Part shown: positions 37,901 through 48,193 of the stretch, piece after piece
Position numbering within the stretch: the stretch's first letter is position 1
Layout of the letters: every line of letters begins with the position of its first letter
Assembly (NCBI GenBank): GCA_951406725.2
Contig: OX597829.1
Span: forward strand, 54,684,001-54,748,000
Origin: Octopus vulgaris
Lineage: Eukaryota
Direction of reading: 5' to 3'
Length of the DNA stretch: 64,000 nt
Program-made: the position numbers and the translations under genes
Notes under the pieces: model-generated
Told to the model about the DNA's origin: nothing
What the model saw: the letters and a program-made list of their open reading frames with translations, nothing else
Database searches by the model: none

Positions 37901-38920
37901 AACTGTTTTTGAGGCAATACTGATTTCTTTTCATTATATCTTTGGAACATATTTCTTCAGCTTTTTGAGTCTTTTCATGCAAGATTTAACTCCAATGTTC
38001 ATATTACTTGAAATATTTTACAAGATTTTCTTAAAACCATTGCAAAATATTTAAAAAGTAAACTACTACTTTTTTTTCTTTTTCTTTATCAAAGGAATAC
38101 AGTATTGAAATTGAAGAATATGCCAATGGAAAGTGGCAACCTTTTGAGGCTGAAAATGTACAATTAGAATTTGTGCGCATTGATCCATTTATTTGCCATA
38201 CTTTACAAGGGAAAGGTAAAGCAATTCTATTCAAGTGACTATTATTAATTCATGCATAGTTTTACCATTAATAAACAATGTCAGTTGCATTTTCAGAATC
38301 ATTTCTAGCCACAAAAATAAATATACAACTTTAAAAACTCTTTTCTACAAAAATAAAACAACTTTAAAACACTTTTCTCTTTATCCTTAAATTTTGTTAA
38401 TGTCTTTCAATTTAGTCACATTTCAAAATCTTTTTCTATTTTACAATTCCTTTTTTTATTTTTAGATGGTGTATTTTCAACTCGCTTTAAACTTCCTGAT
38501 GTTTATGGTGTGTATCAGTTCAGAATAGACTTTAATAGAATGGGATTCACACATCTATTCAGCTTGACTCAGGTAAGTCTCTTGACCTCTTATAGATTAA
38601 ATTTTACTTTTCATGAGATTATAATTTGTAGAATATTTGACCTATGTTTCCAGATATTTTCAAATTTGATTCACGTAGGTTCACATATGAAAGTACTATC
38701 ATGATGATATTTACAAAAATGTAGTTTGATAGTAAAATTAAGATCTATAAATTTTGTTTTGTAGGTATCTGTACGTCCATTAGAGCATACGCAATACGAA
38801 AGATTTATACCATCAGCGTATCCTTATTATGTGAGTGCATTTTCTATGATGTTTGGTGTGTTCCTGTTAAGTTTGGTATTCCTCCACTACAAAGAAGATG
38901 TCAAAGAAAAAGACGAGTGA
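15929..38920 (+). CDS. DDOST: Dolichyl-diphosphooligosaccharide--protein glycosyltransferase 48 kDa subunit (OST48/WBP1), 11 coding exons, 441 aa
   Basis: Exons 15929-16085, 30516-30626, 31137-31223, 32006-32109, 33441-33535, 34517-34610, 37094-37239, 37356-37503, 38095-38215, 38466-38572, 38765-38920 join through GT-AG introns with matching phases into a 1326-nt open frame. The product has a signal peptide, [72 protein letters not shown], a C-terminal TM helix and a KEKDE (KxKxx) ER-retrieval tail. Confidence 0.97.
16186..16332 (+). mobile_element. Nin-domain-like SINE fragment; others at about 2025-2225 (+), 44310-44530 and 63480-63900 (-)
   Basis: GAGGTC.ACTTTGCCTTTCAT.CTTTCGGGGTCGATAAATTAAGTACCAGT...CTGGGGTCGAT. 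Confidence 0.7.
16929..17140. repeat. (TA)n/(TATG)n microsatellite
   Basis: Direct reading. Confidence 0.95.
18363..18750 (+). mobile_element. SINE subtype with the same tRNA head but an RTE-like 3' tail; also 26700-27070 (+), 5210-5697 and 32670-33080 (-)
   Basis: Head as in 24972; the body differs and ends CAGGAA(G)GGCATCCAGCTGTAGAAAA...GCATGGAAAAG...(GAT)n. Confidence 0.75.
23187..24960 (-). mobile_element. Degenerate RLE-type LINE fragment carrying a 245-bp direct duplication
   Basis: Minus strand has zinc-knuckle remnants ([17 protein letters not shown]); 23187-23430 is nearly identical to 24601-24847. Confidence 0.5.
24972..25326 (+). mobile_element. tRNA-derived SINE, full length (octopus-type); others at about 2573-2972, 25918-26286 and 28017-28392 (+), partial heads at 20212-20322 (+), 23070-23186 and 34810-34950 (-)
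   Basis: A box TGGCTGTGTGG, B box GGTTCAGTCCC, CACCTTGGGCAAGTG core, central microsatellite, 3' ATGACTGAAACAAGTAAAAG tail. Confidence 0.88.
27074..27295. mobile_element. piggyBac-type MITE with TTAA target-site duplication
   Basis: TTAA|CCCTTTTG...CAAAAGGG|TTAA; interrupts the 3' end of a SINE. Confidence 0.8.
27310..27633 (+). mobile_element. 5'-truncated RTE 3' UTR copy with three hairpin units
   Basis: Units at 27319, 27380 and 27442; same 3' domain and (GAT)n tail. Confidence 0.85.
29003..29217. mobile_element. piggyBac-type MITE, second copy in opposite orientation
   Basis: TTAA|CCTTTTTG...AAAAGGG|TTGA; interior is reverse-complement-related to 27074-27295. Confidence 0.65.
29362..29684. 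mobile_element. hAT (Charlie-like) MITE nested in an RTE 3' end
   Basis: TIR-like ends TAGTGGTTTCCAAA / TTTGAGAACCATAG; the flanks rejoin as the RTE tail CTGGCATGGGTTAGACAGTTTGAC. Confidence 0.6.
30023..30308 (+). mobile_element. Second tRNA-derived SINE family; related copies at about 62140-62490, 3030-3312 and 43280-43510 (-) and 35582-35900 (+)
   Basis: A box TGGCCTAGTGG, B box GTTTCGATTCC; tail GCGCATTGTGACCAGCGATGTGTAGCAACATCTGATAG is shared in reverse with 3030-3080. Confidence 0.75.
30516..30626 (+). CDS. DDOST: DDOST exon 2
   Basis: Polypyrimidine/CAG acceptor; [37 protein letters not shown]; donor GTAAGT. Confidence 0.97.
31137..31223 (+). CDS. DDOST: DDOST exon 3
   Basis: TTTCAG acceptor; [29 protein letters not shown]; donor GTATGG. 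Confidence 0.97.
32006..32109 (+). CDS. DDOST: DDOST exon 4
   Basis: TTTAG acceptor; [35 protein letters not shown]; donor GTATAT. Confidence 0.97.
32270..32590 (-). mobile_element. RTE 3'-end copy; others at about 17645-17830, 20975-21150, 25498-25765, 29323-29830, 33717-33985, 41415-41700 and 59185-59400 (-) and 19875-20012, 20815-20960, 40070-40325 and 59070-59165 (+)
   Basis: Shared (CAT)n...GCATGGGTTGGA...CTGGATGCCCTTCCTAACACCAACC...TTTTATGTGGCACC. Confidence 0.8.
33441..33535 (+). CDS. DDOST: DDOST exon 5
   Basis: TTTAG acceptor; [32 protein letters not shown]; donor GTATGT. Confidence 0.96.
34517..34610 (+). CDS. DDOST: DDOST exon 6
   Basis: TTTCAG acceptor; [31 protein letters not shown]; donor GTTAGT. 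Confidence 0.96.
36509..36922 (-). mobile_element. tRNA-derived SINE, full length, antisense in DDOST intron 6
   Basis: Reverse complement of the 24972-25326 family. Confidence 0.88.
37094..37239 (+). CDS. DDOST: DDOST exon 7
   Basis: TTTCAG acceptor; [48 protein letters not shown]; donor GTAGGT. Confidence 0.97.
37356..37503 (+). CDS. DDOST: DDOST exon 8
   Basis: TTTAG acceptor; [49 protein letters not shown]; donor GTAAGT. Confidence 0.96.
38095..38215 (+). CDS. DDOST: DDOST exon 9
   Basis: Long T-tract with AAG acceptor; [40 protein letters not shown]; donor GTAAAG. Confidence 0.95.
38466..38572 (+). CDS. DDOST: DDOST exon 10
   Basis: TTTAG acceptor; [36 protein letters not shown]; donor GTAAGT. 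Confidence 0.97.
38765..38920 (+). CDS. DDOST: DDOST exon 11 (TM helix, KxKxx, stop)
   Basis: TTTGTAG acceptor; [54 protein letters not shown]. Confidence 0.97.
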   Translation, partial: VSVRPLEHTQYERFIPSAYPYYVSAFSMMFGVFLLSLVFLHYKEDVKEKDE

Positions 38921-39140
38921 ACATAGCTAAACCAGTAGAAAGTAAAATGACTCATTCCATTTCACATTTTATTACATTTTCTTCAACTAAAAAATTGTTA
39001 ATAAAATTTAAAAAGTATTCTGTCTTTTTTTTTATTTACACATTCTGTGGCAAAATGACAAAAAACAAAACACAAACTTAATCTTTATTAAACTAAGTTC
39101 ATATTTTTAATTCAAACGTTTTATTGCACTTTAACTTTAG

Positions 39141-39146
39141 AATAAA
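39141..39146 (+). terminator. Candidate DDOST polyadenylation signal (AATAAA; a second at 39201)
   Basis: AATAAA about 220 nt after the stop codon in a U-rich 3' UTR. Confidence 0.45.
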
Positions 39147-39576
39147 TTATTCCAAGGTAATATTCAGATTCAAATATCATTTATGAATAGACAGATGCTA
39201 AATAAACCTTCTCAGTTATTTTTTGTTGGCCAAGTTAATCTGTTTGATGTAGGAAGTATTAAAAACCTATTAGAAATAATTATACTGGAAAGAAAAGACA
39301 TTATTATTTCTTCATCATTTTTATATCCATTTTACTATCCTGGCATGGCTTAAATGACACGGAAACAGGTTTTCCTGGGCTGGATATTCTCTCTGTCACC
39401 ACATCAGTCATTGTTTTTCAAGTAAGGTATTTTTGATTCCCCTCATTCTCCATATGATTCCCATAGTACATTTTGTTTACTACAGAATGTCAATAGTTTT
39501 ATAAATTTTGCTTAGATAGTGTTAATGAAGACATATAACATCAACATTCCAGATACTATATATATATATATATCTC

Positions 39577-39950
39577 GTGCTGGTGTCACGTAAAAAGCAC
39601 CATCCATTCATGGCCGTTGCCAGCGCCGCCCCGACTGGCCTCGTGCCGGTGGCACGTAAAAAGCACCATCTGTTCGTGGCCGTTGCCAACCTCACCTGGC
39701 CCCCGTGCCGGTGGCACATAAAAAGCACCATCCGATCGTGGCTGTTTGCCAGACTCGTCTGGTACCTGTGCCGGTGGCACGTAAAAAGCACCCACTACAC
39801 TCACGGAGTGGTTGGCGTTAGGAAGGGCATCCAGCCGTAGAAACATTGCCAGATCAGACTGGGCCTGGTGCAGCCTTCTGGCTTCCCAGACCCCAGTTGA
39901 ACCGTCCAACCCATGCTAGCATGGAAAGCGGATACTAAACGATGATGATA
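39577..39950 (+). mobile_element. 5'-truncated RTE 3' UTR copy with four hairpin units
   Basis: Units at 39577, 39643, 39705 and 39768; CpG-rich (young); (GAT)n tail. Confidence 0.85.
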
Positions 39951-40364
39951 TATATATATATATATATAGTATTAATAAAATAGATGGAATGTATAATAGA
40001 CTTTATTGGGTACAATACATGTTTCAACCCGTTATGGATTTCTTCAGGTACATCAATAAAAAGTCTCATAAAAAAGCACCTGTGTTGTTGTCACATAAAA
40101 AGCACCTCTACTGGTGCCATGTATGAAGCACCTGTGCTGGTGTCACATAAAAAGCACCCAGTACACTGTAAAGTCGTTGGGGTTAGGAAGGGTGTCTAAC
40201 TGTAGAAACCTTCCCAAAACAGATAATTGGAGTTTGGTGCAGCTCTCTGGCTTGCCAACTTCTTGTCAAACCACCCAACCCATGCTAACATGGAAAACTA
40301 ATGTTTGATGAGGATGAAGATGATACAAACACATACTCATTTCAGGCTCATTTCAGTTTCATCA

Positions 40365-41180
40365 TCGCCGTTCTCGTTTAACATTCATTTTCCATGCTGA
40401 CATGAGTTGGATGATTTGACGAGGAGTTGGCAAGCCAGCAGGCTGCATCAAATTCCAACTGTCTGTTGTGACTTGGTTTCTATGGCTGGATGCCCTTCCT
40501 AATGCCACCACTTAACAATGTGTGCTGGGTGCAATTACACAGCACTGGCACAAGTGCATTTTACATGGCACCAGCACTTGTAAAGAACGAGCTTGTATAT
40601 ACTTAGCTTGACGTATTTTTTGAAGTACTGCAAATTGCCACTACTGGTCCCTTGTCATTTCCTCAGTAAGGTCCAGCATCTGAGGATCCTTTCTCACCAC
40701 TTCGTCCCATGTCTTCCTGCGTCTACCCCTTCCACATTTTCCCTCCATAATTAGAGATTGGCACTTCTTTACACAACTGTCCTCATCCACACACATCACA
40801 TGACCATACCAGCACAGTCTTCTCTTTTGCCCACCACATCTGATGTCTCTTATACCCAGTTTTCCTCTTAAATCATTTACACTCTGTTGTGTGTGTGTGT
40901 GCACACTGATATTACCCATCCAGTGGAGCTTGCTAGATTCATTTCTTTCAATCCTTCACAAGTCCTCTGTAGTCAAAGCCCATGTATCACTACCATGTAA
41001 CATAGCTGTACATACACAGGCATCATACAATCTGTCTTTCAATCTGAGAGAGAGGCCCTTAGTTACCAACAAAGATAGAAGCTCTCTGAACTTTGCCCAG
41101 CCTGTTCTTATTCTAACAACTACACTTTCAGAAATTCCTCCCCTATTGCTAACTTGGTCAGCTAGGTAACAAAAGCTATC
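40365..41180 (-). mobile_element. RTE LINE 3' fragment (ORF2 C-terminus, 3' UTR and tail)
   Basis: RRLCWYGHVM..GKCGRGRRRKTWDEVVRKD, followed by the hairpin units, AGGAAGGGCATCCAGC and a GAT tail. Confidence 0.85.
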
Positions 41181-42429
41181 TACTATTTTGAATGATCATC
41201 CCCAAGCATTTGAGGAAATTTGTTGTCTACACGTTTTTTGTGTTTATTGTACCCACACATGAAGACTATTTCCTCTGTTAACCTTTCTGTGATAAGGTTT
41301 TGGTGAAGCTGGGGAAAATATTTCCCCGAGAAGCTATGTAGTAGGACTAAACCCAAAGCTACATGGTTGGTAAGTAGGCTTTTTAACCACATGGCCAAGC
41401 CTGTGCTTCCATAATCATCATCATCATCGTTGTTTTATGTTTGCCTTCCATACTGGCATGGGTGGGTCCTTATATGTGTATATTATCACTTAATGCCTGT
41501 CTCCCATACTGGCATGGGTTGAACAATTTGATAGAATCCAACAAGCTGAACAACTGTGAATAGCCCGAGTGTTTGCTTTGGCAAGGTTTCTACAGCTGGG
41601 TGCCTGTCCTGATGCCAACCGTTTTGCAGAATGTATTGGATGCATTTTATTTTGTTTTTCGTGTCATCAGCACTAGTAAAATCGTCAAGTAACTTGCAAG
41701 ACAAAGAAAAAAAATGCTCCCTTGCCTGAGGGGGAGGGGCTTTATACAAGGTGTTGAGAAAGCAAAGCATGATAGAGGGACAGGCACAAATGTTTTGTTT
41801 TAGAAGTGGAAGGAGATATGCTCTGATGGTTTGGGGAAGTAGTTTAAGAGAGGAAATGGTTAAGTTCATGAGAGTGTAAGGAAAGTGGCAAGAGATTACA
41901 GATGGGGGTAAAAGAAACATCTGTGGTAGGAGGAAGCCATGCAAGAAGGGTGAAGAGCAGAAAGTAGGGAGAATAGCCATACAAGAAGGGTGGTAGCCCA
42001 GAAAATAGGGAGATGATGAGGTGGGTAAGTAGAGGTAGCTTTAGTGCGATGGCAGATACGAAAGGGTGATTAGCTATGGCAGTTGTAAGATGTAGGTTAG
42101 GAGTGAGGAAGAGATCCCTGGAGGCTCAGAAAGGGGTTAGCAGTGGAAAATATATTATGAGGGAACGATGCTGAGAATAAAGGTTGAACGTTAAAGGAAG
42201 TAGTTTCAAGTAGGAGGGGAGGTAACTAGTAGCACAAAGGGGAGCGAATATGTTGAGATTTTGCTGTCAAAATTATTGCAACAGCTGAATAGTGTCAAGT
42301 TAGAAGGAAGATGAGAGGTAGGGAAAGCTTAACAGGTGCAGGGCCCAGTGAGTGTGTAGACATAATGCTTTTAGGACCTCACTTTTGTTATGAGACACAG
42401 TGAAATGGCAATTATTTCAGTCCTTTTTC

Positions 42430-42990
42430 ATCTTGAGGCTCTATATTTTGAGATCAGCCTTCAGTACCATCCTATTGTCTTCCTGGGTCTCTCCCAAAGT
42501 TGCATCTACTATAAGAGATCAGCACTTCTTTATAAGGCTGTCTTCATCCATACGCATCGCATAACCATATCGGTGCAGTCTTCTGTTTTGCACACTCTCA
42601 ATACTGTCGTACATGCACAATTCATTGGAGTATGTTAGTTGCATTTTCTATCCTTTGAATATCCTAAGCATTCAGGGATCATGTCTCACTACCATGCAGC
42701 ATTGCTGCTCATATATCATACAATCTCCCTTTCAACCAGAGAAAGAGACGCTTTCAGTTCTAACAGAGGTAATAAATCCTTAAACTTTCTCCAGCTGGTC
42801 CACATTCTAGCAACTATACTTTCAGAACATCCCCCTCCACTGCTAATTAGGTCACCTAAGTAACAGATACTATCTACAACCTCTTGGGAATTTGAGAGAA
42901 TCTATTTCCTGTGTGTTCTTTGTGCTTATTGAACCTGCACATGTGCCACGTACAGAGTCTACTTTCTTTGTTAACCTCCATGTAATTCTA
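42430..42990 (-). mobile_element. RTE LINE fragment
   Basis: Homologous to 165-640 and 40640-41180 (shared CTCTGAACTTTGCCCAG..CTAGCA..ACACT block). Confidence 0.7.
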
Positions 42991-45586
42991 TTGCACCCCA
43001 TTGTGCACACACATAAACACAAACACAACAGCTTTCTGCATTATTTCAGTCTACTGTTCCATTCAAAAGACGTTTGTTGGCCTGAGGCTATATCGGAAGG
43101 CATTTGTTCAAGATGCCATACCAAGGAACTAAACCTTAAAATACGTGGCTGCAAACCAAACTTTTAACTGCTCAGATATGTCTGCACCTGTACTTAAAGA
43201 CTTGTGACATATAATTATTGTGACAATTCCAGGCAACTTATTGGACAGACCTCACATTACTTTAGTAGGATCAGCAACTGGCACCCTGTCAGTTATGACG
43301 ACGAGTGTTCCTGTTGATCCAGTCAACATAACAGCCTACTTGTGCAACTGGCTGAGTATTCCACAGACATGTGTACTCTTAATGTATTTCTCAGAAAGAG
43401 ATTCAGCATGACACAGAATATGGCCCTTTTGAATTAGGAGTACTGCTCATTTTTGCTAGCTGATTGGACAGGAGCCACATGAAATAAAGTGTCTTGCTCA
43501 AGGACATTACGTGCCACCAGGAATCAAACTCACGACATTATGATCATAAACCAAATACGCTATCAACTAAGCCTCGTCTTTCTTGTTAATGTAGGATAGA
43601 AGAGGTCGAGGCAGGAGGAGGTAACTCTAGACAACTTTCAGACCCCTTCTATCTTGCTTATGTCATTCAACATCTTGAATTGAGGTTATCACTAAAAACA
43701 TTCACAGCATACCAAATTCTCAAATTCATTGTAGTAATAAAAGAGATTGTGAAAACCATGTAGTTATTAGACATACAAATACAATGTATGTTTCGATGCT
43801 GGCATAACTTTACTGGTTCTGTGATATTTATCTCTGCATTCTGTTCAATTTCTTGGGTTTTTTTTTTACCACTTCTCAAGTCCTAATCCATCTTCGTTTA
43901 CCTCTGTTTTGTCAATACATGTAACTTCGAGCAGCAATCAGCTTTACTTGGAAGAAAGAAGATCTTGGTAGCGTCAGAAGTATCAATCATAATGTTTAGA
44001 AGAGAAGTGTGTACTTCTACAGATATGTGATATGTATTATTCTGAGTAAGGATAATTACATGAATAATGAGGAGTCTACAGAAGAGAAAGGTTTTTAAAA
44101 AATGAGGCCAGAAGTGATGAGCAGAAAGAGTAAAAGATGCTGTCAGGAAACAGATCTGTCTAACCCATGCCAGCTTAGAAAAGTGGATGTAAAAATGAAT
44201 GTGCTATGAAGATGTGTATTTAATTAACTAATTCTTTCTCAGTTTTAAATGACTTCACTAAACAATCTGTTACTTCAATCAATATTTGAAATGTGATGGC
44301 GCTGTCAGACAGACTGATTTCAAATCTTGGCACAGAACTAGTAATTTTGAAGAAGGGTCTAAGTCAAAGATATCAACCTCAGTACTCAACAGGTAATTAT
44401 TTTATCAACCCTGGAAGGATAAAAAGCAAAGTTGACCCAGGCTGTATTTGAATTCAGAATATTAAGTTGGAAGAAATTCTAAGCATTTTTTTTTTCCTGG
44501 TGTGGTAATGATTCTGCCATTTCACTGTCTTGAAATGGCTCTTCAAACTATTTGGGTCAGCAAGAGACATTTTAATGTAATCAAGTGACCATTAGAAATA
44601 GCAGCTGAATTTCTCAACACTCATATCCAACTTGCTTTTAGAAAAGGAACTGTTGTACTGTGTAGGCTTATATGGGGTGTATCTGAATAAAAGAAAGAAT
44701 GAAACGAGTTTGTATGATCAGAGCTGACCTGGAACTAAGGAAAAAAATTCAAAATTATCTGATCAGAATTTGGCAAAAAAGTAAGAGCATCAGAGTGGAT
44801 ATTTTGTAGTATCCTTGTTTTGTTTAATTTTTATTTCTTTTTGGCTTTTTTTCATATATCTTCATATTGAAATGTGGATCCCTCAAAGAAAGCTTTAATG
44901 TTTAGATTTAGAATTGATTATATAAAGTACTAAGTACTAGCAATGCCTTAGTCAGACTCATATCCTCATCATGATTGTTGTTTTCACTACATTTTGACTG
45001 TGTACTCTCCAGTCTTGTTCAAGTGTCTTGTAGGTGACCGGCAATAAAGTCACAACTTGGACTAGGAAAAAAGTCACAATTAATTTATAGGATCCAGACT
45101 CCCCACCCCTTTTTTTGGGAAAAACTCCTGTAACTTTTTCACCTGGATTCGTCTTGTGATTCCCCTTAGTGCCTTGCTTGGGATTGAACACAGCCAAAAC
45201 ATAGTGAAAAGCAACATCCAAGATGAAGACATCACTCCTCATCTCAAAAATATAGAATTGTAAAGTACCAGTAACTTTGGATTAAAATTGGGAATAGAAC
45301 ATCTCTCCTTTTTTTTATCAGTTAAAATTAAGTTTATCGTTATTGCATACATCAAGAACAGAGTTAAAGCATTCCAGCTTCAAGAAATGTGTGTGTGTGT
45401 GTGTGTGCAGGGATGGTTGTGAAATTAAGGGTTTTCATTTGTAATAATTTGGTTTTGAGTTCACTCTCACTACATGGCACCTTGAACAAGTATCTTCTGT
45501 TCCAGCTGAATATCGAACAATACTTAATGAGTGGATCTCATAGATTGATGTGCATTCAATCTGCACCTCCTATGTTAACACACACA

Positions 45587-45617
<31 letters not shown>

Positions 45618-45785
45618 CAGTATAAGTCATGAATGGAAAATCAACTAACCAACATTTATATCAACTATTAATGTAAGAAATGCATTAAATTATGTACATG
45701 TATATGCATGTGTGTGTGTGTATACACAATTATACACAGATGTATACTTTTATATATATTTTGTGTGTATATATATATATAAATA

Positions 45786-46380
45786 CAGGGTACGAAAATA
45801 ACACTGATATCTCATTTTAACAGATATATTTACCAAAATTACATAGAGATATCTTGAAATACTAAAGAGTAAATTTATTCAATGAAATCAGCATGGGCTT
45901 CAACCATGGCCTCAAGACAACTTTGGAATCTCTTGCAAGTCTTCTGGATGGTCTCCTTGTTTAAGTCAGTGAATGCTGCCATAATCCTTGCCTTCAGTTC
46001 ATCTTTGATGTGACAAGGAGTTTTGTTGGTCTCTTGCTCAACTGCACCCCACACATAATAATGAAAAGGGTTGCAATCTGGGGAGTTAGGCGGCTAGATG
46101 TTAGGGGTGGTGTGGTGGCAGAAATTGTCTGACAGCCATGACTGGGTTCTCCTGCTTGTGTGGCATGGTGCAGAGTCCTGATGCCAGACATAGGGTCTTC
46201 AAGCAGCCACCCTCTTCACCCAAGGCATCACTACCTCCTCTATACACTTGATGTAGGTCTCAGTGTTGAGGCCATGTGGGAAGATGAATGGAGGCACATC
46301 ACCATCACTTGGGATCACTCCAAACACCATGATGTTGACTGGATGTTTGATTTTTATCACTCTCCTCCCTATTGAGGATC
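45786..46380 (-). mobile_element. Tc1/maT (DD37D-like) transposon 3' fragment
   Basis: Minus strand PNSPDCNPFHYYVWGAVEQETNKTPCHIKDELKARI, QDS(A)PCHTS; TA|CAGGGT terminus. Confidence 0.75.
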
Positions 46381-46385
46381 ACACA

Positions 46386-46765
46386 TTTACTCTTTATTCT
46401 TTTAATTGTTTCAGTCATTTGATTGCGACCATGCTGGAGCACCGCCTTTAGTCAAGCAAATCGATCCCCAGGACTTATTCTTTGTAAGCCTGGTACTTAT
46501 TCTACTGGTTACTTTTGCCGAACCGCTAAGTTATGGGGACATAAACACACCAGCATCGGTTGTCAAGCGATGTTGGGGGAGGGACAAACGCAGACACACA
46601 CACACACACACATATATATAGTTTCCGTCTACCAAATCCACTCTCAAGGCTTTGGTCAGCCCAAAGCTATAGTAGAAGACACTTGCCCAAGGTGCCACAC
46701 AGTGGGACTGAACCCGGAACCATGTGGTTGGTAAGCAAGCTACTTACCACACAGCCACTCCTACG

Positions 46766-46863
<98 letters not shown>

Positions 46864-47093
46864 TGTATGTATATATATATGTATGTATATATATATGTAT
46901 GTATATATATATATGTATGTATATATATATATGTATGTATATATATATGTATGTATATATGTATGTATATATATATGTATGTATATATATATGTATGTAT
47001 GTATATATGTATGTATGTATATATATATATGTATGTATATATATATGTATGTATATATATATATATATGTATGTATATATATATATATGTATG

Positions 47094-47152
<59 letters not shown>

Positions 47153-47153
47153 G

Positions 47154-47184
<31 letters not shown>

Positions 47185-47366
47185 ATATATATATATATAT
47201 ATACGACGGGCTTCTTTCAGTTTCCGTCTACCAAATCCACTCACAAGGCTTTGGTCGGCCTGAGGCTATAGCAGAAGACACTTGCCCAAGGTGTCACGCA
47301 GTGGGACTGAACCCGGAACCATGTGGTTGGTTAGCAAGCTGCCTACCACACAGCCACTCCTGCGCC
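46386..47366 (-). mobile_element. Two tandem tRNA-SINE copies (46386-46767 near full; 47202-47366 head only) separated by a TA/TATG microsatellite
   Basis: Two near-identical heads ending CACAGCCACTCCT(A/G)CGCC. Confidence 0.88.
46768..47202. repeat. About 435-bp compound (TA)n/(TATG)n microsatellite
   Basis: Direct reading. Confidence 0.95.
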
Positions 47367-47536
47367 ATTGTTGATTTTTTAAAAAAAATTGTTTGTCTCG
47401 TTTACATGCATAACCCTCACAACAACACACTCACACACATACATACACACATTCTTTGTTTTGTCCTGTACTGTCCGTAATGTTTTTGTTAATGTAAACC
47501 CTTGTGGTTAATAAAGAAATCGTCATCATCATCGTT

Positions 47537-47574
<38 letters not shown>

Positions 47575-47729
47575 AAATAAAAGAAATCATCATTATCATT
47601 GTTTTATTTTATTTTTCAGAGAGTTACATTTTAGTATAATTATTTAATCCATTTATATCTGCTATAATTCGTAGAACGAAAGACGGAATCAACCGTGACG
47701 AAAGATTAATCTAAAAAGGTGTGATGTAA

Positions 47730-47826
47730 GGCGAAGGTAAAGAATACGTACACCTTAGGGTTAAGGTTAGAATAAGGGTTAGGGTTATGCTGGAAACGGG
47801 TAGTTTGCGTATTCTTCACCCCCGCC
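47730..47826. repeat. 97-bp inverted-repeat element enclosing TTAGGG-like repeats
   Basis: Arms 47730-47750 and 47806-47826 are 17/21 complementary; interior TTAGGGTTAAGGTTAGAATAAGGGTTAGGGTTA. Confidence 0.7.
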
Positions 47827-48091
47827 GTGATACGAAAGGTTTATGGTTGCGATTTTACTCACTTCTACAAGATACCCTTCGAAATTATATTCTAATCTGA
47901 CGGTTTTATAATCCGTTGAATTGGACATAAAGCAGTCAGAAAGGTAAACATTATCGGAAATGTTTTCCTTCCAATAATGTTTCGAAAGAAGAAGAAATAA
48001 ATGAACGGTAGAACTATGAGAATTTATTAAAGAATCTAATGAAAGATGCAGTTTTAATTAACATGAACGGTTCCGGTCATCAGATTTATGT

Positions 48092-48124
<33 letters not shown>

Positions 48125-48178
48125 TGTGTAGTGCTCAGGTGCACTACAACTCATCTATAATTATCTCGGCATGACGTT

Positions 48179-48193
48179 TGTTTACATAGCAAC
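48179..48193. promoter_or_regulatory. Overlapping forkhead (TGTTTAC) and X-box-like motif
   Basis: TGTTTACATAGCAAC. Confidence 0.4.

Noticed and set aside
39577-39792. CRISPR array (25-nt palindromic repeats with 37-41-nt spacers)
   Set aside because: The spacers are homologous to each other, the array recurs at several loci within an RTE 3' UTR, there are no cas genes, and the DNA is eukaryotic
44958-45242. 94-aa minus-strand ORF as a gene between DDOST and the CEP15-like gene
   Set aside because: No recognisable motif, splice partners or other support
46560-47480. 306-aa ORF and overlapping YI/YM-repeat ORFs (also 71-367, 16927-17166, 60157-60339)
   Set aside because: Stop-free translation of TA/TATG microsatellites plus SINE sequence
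47755-47787. True telomere or chromosome fusion site
   Set aside because: Only a few degenerate units, single orientation, enclosed by inverted arms
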